Source: a virus. From it: a stretch of DNA of 64,000 nt. The notes under the pieces were generated by a model, which saw nothing but the letters and a program-made list of their open reading frames with translations, ran no database searches and was not told the origin of the DNA. Where the stretch lies: positions 12,481 through 76,480 of the IMG/VR virus record IMGVR_UViG_3300046804_001782; one strand, written 5' to 3'. Both the position numbers and the translations under genes were made by a program. Positions 28,265 to 35,464 of the stretch are shown here, piece after piece (the stretch's first letter is position 1; each line of letters opens with the position of its first letter).

Positions 28265-29462
28265 GCATAGTCCTCCGGTATTGATAGATCGCTGACACAA
28301 TAGTACCAGCAGATTCTCGTACGTTCCCAGTCAAGAGGTCTTTCGGAAGAGAAAGGTATGACAAAGTACTAGTAAGTGATTCAATGTCATGAGTTTCCTT
28401 GCCAAGTTGTGTTTTGACAAGTGCATCCAGAGCACTTAGGTCGTTCAAGAATTCTTGATTCTTGAAATCTCCTGCCCATTTGTAAATGATACCAACCACT
28501 AATTCCGGGTATCTGTACAGTGATTCTAGGCACCGTGTGGTTACTCCTGTACGGAGGTACGAGTCTTGCACAATGTCCCAAGGCATGTCTAGGGAACCAC
28601 GATCAAAGTCTGACAGCAAAAGCATAATTACTGGATCCTCGGTTGTAACCGAAGCGTTGATCCGTTCGATCAATACCTTTTGGATCTTCTTTGAAGCAAA
28701 TCCAAGGATTGGGTTTTCGTAGGATGCAAATCTACTGTCATTTAAAAAGTTGTCAATCATTTTCTGAATAGTGTTTGCTGCCAAACCAGACTTCAATAGT
28801 GTCTTGAACGTTCTACGTAGGATACCAACGTCTGTGGGTGGGTAAACCCGCATGACATTGGATCTGTGATGTATGAATTGATTGGTAAGATCGTTAATCA
28901 CTGTGTTTGAGATCTTGGAAACAGTTTTTGTTGATTCTGGATCACTACCAATGATCATGTTTGGACCAACTTTCTGGCTGTCCCCAGCCTTCTTAATACT
29001 CTTATTTTTAATACTAGTACTATATGTTTCTCTATGCAGTGACATTTCAGCAGGTAGATCTGTATTTTTGGGGGTGTTTATAGGGTCATGGGTGACCCCA
29101 TACTTTTGGGTGTCAGGTAGATCTATAGGGTCATGGGTGACCCCCTGTGGGGTCATGGGTGACCCCATAAACTTGTATTGGATGTGGTACTGGTTGACAT
29201 TTTTTCCACCACTTCTTGTTACTTTAACAACACCTTCCTGTTCAAGCCAATGCAACATTCTCTTCGTCGTTTCACACGACAAATTAGTATGTTCTGCAAT
29301 TTGTTGAACAGTAGCGGTGGTTACTTTCGTTCTGATATTCATCAGATCCACTAGAGTACAGAGTATTTCTAATGCTGCACCTTTTTTTGCTTTCGCAATG
29401 CGGATGCGTGCCCATCGCGGTATCGCCAAAAAGGGGCCGTCAAACATGGGTGTGCTTTTCAT
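28257..29462 (-). CDS. Replication initiator-like protein with N-terminal HTH
   Basis: HTH (TVQQIAEHTNLS.ET.KR.L..L...G), N.Y motif, repeat linker, upstream of DnaC/DnaB. Confidence 0.7.
   Translation of the reverse strand: MKSTPMFDGPFLAIPRWARIRIAKAKKGAALEILCTLVDLMNIRTKVTTATVQQIAEHTNLSCETTKRMLHWLEQEGVVKVTRSGGKNVNQYHIQYKFMGSPMTPQGVTHDPIDLPDTQKYGVTHDPINTPKNTDLPAEMSLHRETYSTSIKNKSIKKAGDSQKVGPNMIIGSDPESTKTVSKISNTVINDLTNQFIHHRSNVMRVYPPTDVGILRRTFKTLLKSGLAANTIQKMIDNFLNDSRFASYENPILGFASKKIQKVLIERINASVTTEDPVIMLLLSDFDRGSLDMPWDIVQDSYLRTGVTTRCLESLYRYPELVVGIIYKWAGDFKNQEFLNDLSALDALVKTQLGKETHDIESLTSTLSYLSLPKDLLTGNVRESAGTIVSAIYQYRRTMHV
29083..29166. repeat. Three 17-bp iteron-like repeats GGGTCATGGGTGACCCC (putative origin)
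   Basis: Exact copies at 29083-29099, 29128-29144 and 29150-29166. Confidence 0.85.
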
Positions 29463-29504
29463 GGGAGCATCCACTGTACCGTACAAAAAGATCTTCCGTC
29501 TACC

Positions 29505-29632
29505 GTTGTCATAACCACCTTCGATCCTGTATTGTTTGAGAGTCGCTTCGTGGTGGTTGCGGCAACATGGTTATCCTTTCGGCAAAGGGCCGGGTCAGGC
29601 GGTACAATAAGTACCATCAGACCCGGCTTTTT
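29505..29632 (+). ncRNA. Structured leader or small RNA candidate ending in an intrinsic terminator
   Basis: Three hairpins with G-U pairs favouring the + strand; last stem GCCGGGTC/GACCCGGC followed by TTTTT. Confidence 0.5.
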
Positions 29633-29651
29633 GTTGTTCTATAGGATGTTT

Positions 29652-30086
29652 ATGAAAGACTTGATCAAGCAGTTGAAAGTTCTTATGTCAGATGTAGTAA
29701 CTATGTACTTTCAAGCACATGGGTACCACTGGAACGTAGAAGGTCAAGACTTTAGTCAGTACCATTCTCTTTTTGCTGACATTTATGAGGATGTTTACGG
29801 AAGTATTGATCCCATCGCAGAAATGATTCGTAAACTTGATGACTACGCACCATTTGGTCTACAGGAGTTTATTGACACCAGAACCGTTTCAGCGGCTAGT
29901 GTGGAGCCTGACCCCAAGGCAATGGCTAAAGCCCTTCTCAAGTCAAATGAGGGGGTTCTCAAGTCACTACAGAAGACCTTTGATTTGGCTATCAAGGCTG
30001 ATAAACAGGGCGTTGCAAACTTCCTTGCTGACCGTATTGACCAGCACGATAAATGGTCATGGCAACTAAAATCGTCTACAAAGTAA
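29652..30086 (+). CDS. dps: Dps ferritin-like DNA-protection protein
   Basis: HGYHWNVEG..F...H..F..IYE....D.IAE, HDKWSWQL. Confidence 0.92.
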   Translation: MKDLIKQLKVLMSDVVTMYFQAHGYHWNVEGQDFSQYHSLFADIYEDVYGSIDPIAEMIRKLDDYAPFGLQEFIDTRTVSAASVEPDPKAMAKALLKSNEGVLKSLQKTFDLAIKADKQGVANFLADRIDQHDKWSWQLKSSTK

Positions 30087-30096
30087 AGGATAAAAA

Positions 30097-30291
30097 GTGA
30101 ACACCAAAGTAACTACCATTTATACAGGCTCTACTACGGCACCATATGCTTGGACAACCAATGATTATGATGTAGCAGTTTCATTGGCTGGCAAAGATGC
30201 AAACCGGTCGGGCCGTTTATTCAGTGAAATTTATAATAAAGTTACCAATACCATTGTTGGTTTTGCATCGTATGATGGAAAGGAAATCTGA
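30097..30291 (+). CDS. Hypothetical protein
   Basis: AAGGA RBS; TGATG coupling to the next gene. Confidence 0.55.
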   Translation: MNTKVTTIYTGSTTAPYAWTTNDYDVAVSLAGKDANRSGRLFSEIYNKVTNTIVGFASYDGKEI

Positions 30292-30575
30292 TGGCCGCCA
30301 AGAAGAAATCAGCAGCATGGACACGTAAAGAAGGGCAGAACCCAAAGGGTGGCCTTAACGAAAAGGGGCGCAAGTCCTACGAACGGGAGCACCCCGGTAG
30401 TAACTTGAAGCATCCTGTCAAGCGTGGTGAGGCTGCTAAATCAGAGAAGGCTGCTGCTCGTAGGGAATCCTTCTGTGCCCGTATGGAGGGTATGAAGAAG
30501 CATAACACTTCCAAAAAGACTGCCAACGATCCGAACAGTCGTATCAACAAATCACTCCGGGCATGGGATTGCTAG
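30291..30575 (+). CDS. Basic phage protein (DUF6321-like)
   Basis: AWTRKEGQNPKGGLN.KGR...SFCARM...LRAW. Confidence 0.7.
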   Translation: MAAKKKSAAWTRKEGQNPKGGLNEKGRKSYEREHPGSNLKHPVKRGEAAKSEKAAARRESFCARMEGMKKHNTSKKTANDPNSRINKSLRAWDC

Positions 30576-30739
30576 TGGCTACCAAGAAAGTTTGGGATAC
30601 GGACAATCCCAAGAAGAAGTCCAAGAAACTTACTGCTGACCAGAAAGACGCAGCAAAGGAAGCGGCCAAGAAGGCCGGTCGCCCTTACCCCAATCTCGTT
30701 GATAACATGAATGCTGCAAAAAAGAAAGGGGGGAAATAG
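30575..30739 (+). CDS. Lys/Ala-rich microprotein (54 aa), absent from the ORF track
   Basis: TAGTG coupling; MATKKVWD...AGRPYPNLVDNM... Confidence 0.7.
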   Translation: MATKKVWDTDNPKKKSKKLTADQKDAAKEAAKKAGRPYPNLVDNMNAAKKKGGK

Positions 30740-30740
30740 T

Positions 30741-30854
30741 ATGTGTAAGGAATGTGGGTGCGGTCTAACCGACAAGAAGGACCCCGGCTACGGCAAGGGT
30801 AAGAAGGGCGCAAAGATGACTTCTGACAAGAAGAAGCCCGCCAAGAAGAAGTGA
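30741..30854 (+). CDS. MCxxCGC Lys-rich microprotein (37 aa), absent from the ORF track
   Basis: MCKECGCGLTDKKDPGYGKGKKGAK...PAKKK*; purine-rich RBS; followed by a terminator. Confidence 0.65.
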   Translation: MCKECGCGLTDKKDPGYGKGKKGAKMTSDKKKPAKKK

Positions 30855-30857
30855 ATG

Positions 30858-30890
30858 TGAAAAAGGCCCCCAGTTCGGGGGCCTTTTTCA
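30858..30890. terminator. Bidirectional intrinsic terminator
   Basis: TGAAAAAGGCCCCC-AGTTC-GGGGGCCTTTTTCA between convergent genes. Confidence 0.9.
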
Positions 30891-31583
30891 TAGTTCCATT
30901 TTCATTCCATCTGAGTAGTACACAACTACTTTGACGATGCTTCTGTCCGTTTGAATTGGACTTTTTTCTAGTGCTTCTTCACCAAGCACTACTTTGATAG
31001 CCTCATCCTTTGTTTTGGTAGTCGTTCCCTTGTCTTTAGCCATACGTTTGACAACAGCCGCTGGCATGTTTTCTAGGGTTGACCTATCAAATTTCTCAGG
31101 AACATCATCAGTTGGATCATCTTCTTCGATGACTTTTTCTTTAATTTCTGCTGGTTCCTCATCAAAAACGATAGGCACCAAACCATTAGTTAACTCTAAT
31201 GTGGGAAGACCGGCATCAATGCACCTCTCTGCCAATGCTTGACTTGCCTCGTTGAGTTTGTCGTCCCACAACAACAATGCAAATCCCTTTACTTCACCAT
31301 ACTTAAGAGTCTCAATGAGGTACTGGTTTACGTCTCCAGAGATCATGTCCACGTCAGTGGCTTGTGACACAAGTGCTTTAGGAACCTTGGTTGTCTTGTT
31401 TGCTACAACAGTAAAGGTCGCTTCATTATCAAGCAACCAATCATAAACAATCTCAATACCTTCTGTAGGAGAGCCGTACCAAGGCACATAGTAATGCACC
31501 TGAGTTCCCACGTCCTCTAACGCTGCTTGTATTACTTTAGTAGAGGACGTGCCCGTTCCTAGAATTCCGTATGTTTCTTTCAT
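30888..31583 (-). CDS. Hypothetical protein (Rossmann-like N-terminus, Rho-N/HeH-like C-terminal motif)
   Basis: YGILGTG; LENMPAAVVKRMAKDKG...TKDEAI. Confidence 0.55.
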   Translation of the reverse strand: MKETYGILGTGTSSTKVIQAALEDVGTQVHYYVPWYGSPTEGIEIVYDWLLDNEATFTVVANKTTKVPKALVSQATDVDMISGDVNQYLIETLKYGEVKGFALLLWDDKLNEASQALAERCIDAGLPTLELTNGLVPIVFDEEPAEIKEKVIEEDDPTDDVPEKFDRSTLENMPAAVVKRMAKDKGTTTKTKDEAIKVVLGEEALEKSPIQTDRSIVKVVVYYSDGMKMEL

Positions 31584-31595
31584 GGTGTTCCTTCT

Positions 31596-31850
31596 TCATC
31601 GAATGCTGCGCTTTCTGGCAACATCACCGACTAGTGTTATTAATCGTAAAACTGTGTGTACAATACCGGCACATGCCGCAACGGTCAAACCCATCACGGG
31701 CTTGTGTTCCAATGACAGTATAAACACGGAGGCGTACCCTAAAGCAATGCCTACTAGGATCTTTACCCAAGGCATCGCTTCTTTGGGAGACAAGGAGTCA
31801 AGCACCTGTACGGTCTTGTATACGGCTAGAGATGCTACGAATAATTCCAT
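31596..31850 (-). CDS. Small membrane protein, holin candidate
   Basis: Two to three hydrophobic segments, basic C-terminus. Confidence 0.5.
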   Translation of the reverse strand: MELFVASLAVYKTVQVLDSLSPKEAMPWVKILVGIALGYASVFILSLEHKPVMGLTVAACAGIVHTVLRLITLVGDVARKRSIR

Positions 31851-31860
31851 GAGGGAAATA

Positions 31861-32625
31861 CTACACGTAGTCGATGGTCACCACAAGCGTTGGCTTATAT
31901 CCGGTGGTAGAACCGGTGAGTGGTCCGATGATTGTGCTCCACATGTAATCAAACGTGGTTCGGTCAGTTCCCACATTGGTTATTCTTGAAAGTAACGCTA
32001 TTGAATAACCGCTGTCTCGTAACCCTTCTACCGTTTTGTCAGCCACCTGCATGTTCCATTTTTCACCTTTTGACAACGGGCTACTTTGGGTAAATGCCTT
32101 AGACTTTATATAGTCAGTTGTGTAGTCAAGTTTATTGTAGTTTGGACTAGCACTGCCAACCGCCCCTTTATACATTGCTGTATAAACTGTACCGTATGCG
32201 TCGTTATATCCAATATCTGTTGAAGAACGCTGCATATATAATGTTGCAGACTTAATTACTGTTCTTGGGTTACTACCAAGTACAGACTCAAGAGTATTGT
32301 TGCTACTATCTTTGAAAGAGCCAATAACACCGACAACATCCTTTTTAGATGTATTACTTAAATGATAGCCTGCTATGGCTGCTTTGTTTTCGTAATCGGA
32401 ATCCCCTTGTGCGAGTGTCCAAGAGTTAGACCAAAGGCTCTGTACCTTAGTAGCATTAAAAGTAAGTGTTTGTGGATCTGAGTTATACCAAACATCAACC
32501 CACTGGTTGTTTTGGCGCACTTTAACACTAGTCGCGGTTACCCATTGATTATTTTGTCGAACGCGAACACCATTGCCTAGTAATTGTCTGCGTACCCCAG
32601 AAGAATCCCAAACGTAAATACTCAT
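31861..32625 (-). CDS. Minor tail / receptor-binding protein candidate
   Basis: VRQNNQWV repeated twice; C-terminal PTLVVT. Confidence 0.55.
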   Translation of the reverse strand: MSIYVWDSSGVRRQLLGNGVRVRQNNQWVTATSVKVRQNNQWVDVWYNSDPQTLTFNATKVQSLWSNSWTLAQGDSDYENKAAIAGYHLSNTSKKDVVGVIGSFKDSSNNTLESVLGSNPRTVIKSATLYMQRSSTDIGYNDAYGTVYTAMYKGAVGSASPNYNKLDYTTDYIKSKAFTQSSPLSKGEKWNMQVADKTVEGLRDSGYSIALLSRITNVGTDRTTFDYMWSTIIGPLTGSTTGYKPTLVVTIDYV

Positions 32626-33356
32626 ATCTGCAACCAAATATCTCCGTTGGTAGCACCACCCGGTTCAGTGCTTGAGATTGTTATGCGGTAACCAGATGCC
32701 CCTGATGCACCACCGTAAGCACCTAAGTTTGCAAGAGCACCAGCAGCAGTTGATGCACCTGTTCCCCCACGGGCTACAGCAAGTTGATCTGTTGTTATTT
32801 TTGTAGCAGATAGGTTTGGTATCAATGAAGTATCAAAAGCAGTAGGACCAGTAACAAGGTTTGTTGTAATGGTTGGTATTGCTCCTACGGGAATCTTTTG
32901 ACCAGTAGGACTTACTATTTTATCTGCTTTAATATTAGGAAGTCGATCTTCAGAAAGAGTTCCAGTAGTTATCTTTTCTGCCGATACGTTTAAAACTTTT
33001 ACATCAGTAACAGCAGACGTTCCTAACTTATCGTTGTTTACTGCACCGTTTACTATAGAAGCAGTAGCGACTGTATTAGTTGGTACGGTAGTACTAGCAA
33101 TCCACGCACTACCGCTATAGTACAAAATATCGTTAGTTGCTAGGGTCTTATTAGTTGGTTGGGCAACAAAATTATCCTCTAATGCAGCAGCAACCGGTGC
33201 TTCAACCAATGCAGAGACAGATGCGGCCAACTGCCCATAAGTAACATATTGTAGATCTGCTAACTCATCTACAACGCTGGACCAAATTAACAACCTGTCA
33301 GATGACACAGGTGTTGCTTTTTGAGTAAGATCCGCTATATTTAACTGACTAGGCAT
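32622..33356 (-). CDS. Tail fibre protein
   Basis: AV/KITT repeats, VARGGTGASTAAGALANLG, GDIW. Confidence 0.7.
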   Translation of the reverse strand: MPSQLNIADLTQKATPVSSDRLLIWSSVVDELADLQYVTYGQLAASVSALVEAPVAAALEDNFVAQPTNKTLATNDILYYSGSAWIASTTVPTNTVATASIVNGAVNNDKLGTSAVTDVKVLNVSAEKITTGTLSEDRLPNIKADKIVSPTGQKIPVGAIPTITTNLVTGPTAFDTSLIPNLSATKITTDQLAVARGGTGASTAAGALANLGAYGGASGASGYRITISSTEPGGATNGDIWLQI

Positions 33357-33358
33357 AC

Positions 33359-34801
33359 TTAAACCTCACTAGGTGTAATCATTGCATCAATAGGAACACA
33401 TACATAATCATCTATTCCGGTGCCTTCTGCATCGGCAGGACCCCTACCTACGCCATGTTTTGTTGCTGCTGTATTAGCAGTCGTTAGTGTGTATGTTTTG
33501 TATTGTGCAGATGGATAATTATTAACACTTATTTCTAAATAATTATCATACACTAACAACTTTATAGAGGATATTGTTTCTGTATTAGTCTGATCAAAGT
33601 TGTCTGAAACTAGTAAATCTATTGCTGAAACCTGACCATCAATACACTCTTCCGCAACAATTGAATACGTTGTGGTAGTTTCTACCACGTCCTCTGCCGT
33701 CTGTATAAATGTACTGGCACCTGTAAGAGTATTGAGTGCGTAGTGGGTATGTGCTCCAACTGTTGATATGTGTCGGCAGTTATCCAATAACAAATCATGT
33801 GTATGTGTTATGTCTGTGTATACACCCTCTGGTGGATAGTCTGGTGAAGCACCCCATATTGTTTTTGTTGGAAAATGGTATGTACTTCCGAGTAGGTATC
33901 TACGCAAATAGAGTGTTCGTTCTGCTTCTACAGATGTACCCATGTTTATTGCTGCTATTGCTAGACGATCAATGACTAGCCAAGACTGTAAATTCCAAGC
34001 AAAACCATCAACGATTATGTTTTCTTCTCTCTGCAACCTCTTTAATTGGGATTCTGTGTACGGACCAAAATAACCATCAACTACCATTTGATCATCATCA
34101 TAGTGGTGTCGTAAAACACCTTGTAGGTATTTTACGTCGTCGCCGGTACTAGCAATAATGTTTCCTTCTAAGTCTTTATATCGTATTCCTCGTTTTACCA
34201 TCATGTATGGATACTTGCCCCATTTTAAAGTTAGGGGGTCAAATTGTGATATTTGAGGATTGTTTGTTGTAATAAGCACTTCGTGATCATGGACACTGTT
34301 TTTACAAGTTGTTTGTGATGGATAATACTTATTAGTATCTTTGTATATAGATACGTAATTTGAAACAGAGGCAGAAGATTGCCATTCATATTCATAGTAT
34401 CCAACAGGAGTAGTCGTCGTTTCAACTTCCGATGTTAAATACACGCGGCTCCAGTTGTTCTCATCTATTACACGAAAATATAAACCATCGCCCCCCACAT
34501 CTGATATTGATGCAGACATTAAAACGTTGGTTGATCCGTTATTTATAACGGCAATACCCGATGCTGTTGGAGTATCAAGAATATTGGTAGAACCAGCAAG
34601 TAGTTTATTGTTGTATATAGAAAACGAACCTACTAAAACATCCCACGCTGCTCGTCCATCTGTTATGTAACTTGCTAAGGAGTATGCTTCTCCTACCTTT
34701 TCAATAGTTCCATTTGGGCGATCAAAAGTATCCTCAACGGCTAAGTAACCTGTTGAGTTGGCAAGTAGTGGAAGATTGCTTAGGGAAAACCCTAGGCTCA
34801 T
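33359..34801 (-). CDS. Tail-associated protein with an internal peptidoglycan-binding domain
   Basis: DTFDR N-terminus; GDDVKYLQ...VDGYFGPYT...LQ...VDG. Confidence 0.65.
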   Translation of the reverse strand: MSLGFSLSNLPLLANSTGYLAVEDTFDRPNGTIEKVGEAYSLASYITDGRAAWDVLVGSFSIYNNKLLAGSTNILDTPTASGIAVINNGSTNVLMSASISDVGGDGLYFRVIDENNWSRVYLTSEVETTTTPVGYYEYEWQSSASVSNYVSIYKDTNKYYPSQTTCKNSVHDHEVLITTNNPQISQFDPLTLKWGKYPYMMVKRGIRYKDLEGNIIASTGDDVKYLQGVLRHHYDDDQMVVDGYFGPYTESQLKRLQREENIIVDGFAWNLQSWLVIDRLAIAAINMGTSVEAERTLYLRRYLLGSTYHFPTKTIWGASPDYPPEGVYTDITHTHDLLLDNCRHISTVGAHTHYALNTLTGASTFIQTAEDVVETTTTYSIVAEECIDGQVSAIDLLVSDNFDQTNTETISSIKLLVYDNYLEISVNNYPSAQYKTYTLTTANTAATKHGVGRGPADAEGTGIDDYVCVPIDAMITPSEV

Positions 34802-35451
34802 GTACTCACCGCCCATGCGGCAACACATTCAGCCGCAGTAGTTCCAAAACTTGTTACTGATAGTATTCCAGTTTTATTAGCAAGTATCGCAGTAGGTTTT
34901 ATTCCTACAAAAACCCAATCATTGGGAAAATACAAAAGCCTTGTGGACGTGGTTGTTATTTTTATAGTTAAAGTCCTACCCGGACCATACGTTAATGTGT
35001 CCACATTGTAAGTAGTTGACCCTGTCAAATCATGAGTCAACAAACCTGCACCAGTAAAATCAAGTGTTACATTTGTTCCCGACAATGAAGAAACTTGAAG
35101 ACTTTTAACCTTTTCTGGAGTTACCGCGTAGTTGGTTATGCCATCAGTAGAAACTGTTCCCCAGTTAACTCCTGCTGTTTGTGTGTTGTCTGCTATTAAT
35201 ACCCTGTTGTTTGCGCCAACAGGAACAGTGGTTAGGCTTCCTGCTGAAGCACCTACTAGTAGATCACCCTTATATGACACTATAGATGTGTCAATAAATG
35301 AACCATTTGCCGTTACATATCCGACGATATCAGTAAGCCTCAGGTACTGTAGATCGCTCTGTTCGTCAACAACATCTGGCCATACAGCCAGCCGGTCACT
35401 ACCAGCAAGAGGTGTCTTCTGTGTTGTATTGACTAGGTTTATCTCAGTCAT
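34798..35451 (-). CDS. Tail fibre-like protein
   Basis: KGDLLVG...VPVGAN..VL.AD motif; N-terminus shared with 32622..33356. Confidence 0.65.
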   Translation of the reverse strand: MTEINLVNTTQKTPLAGSDRLAVWPDVVDEQSDLQYLRLTDIVGYVTANGSFIDTSIVSYKGDLLVGASAGSLTTVPVGANNRVLIADNTQTAGVNWGTVSTDGITNYAVTPEKVKSLQVSSLSGTNVTLDFTGAGLLTHDLTGSTTYNVDTLTYGPGRTLTIKITTTSTRLLYFPNDWVFVGIKPTAILANKTGILSVTSFGTTAAECVAAWAVST

Positions 35452-35464
35452 TATTTACTCCATC

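Noticed and set aside
29571-29630. Hammerhead ribozyme (CTGATG...GAAA on the - strand) or SRP-like loop (TCAGG...ATCAG on the + strand)
   Set aside because: The core reads CUGAUGG rather than CUGANGA and GAAA does not follow stem II; the SRP GNRA loop and AGCAG are absent
29532-29651. 40-aa N-terminal extension of Dps in the ORF track
   Set aside because: It runs through the terminator hairpin from a TTG without an RBS; Dps similarity starts near ATG 29652
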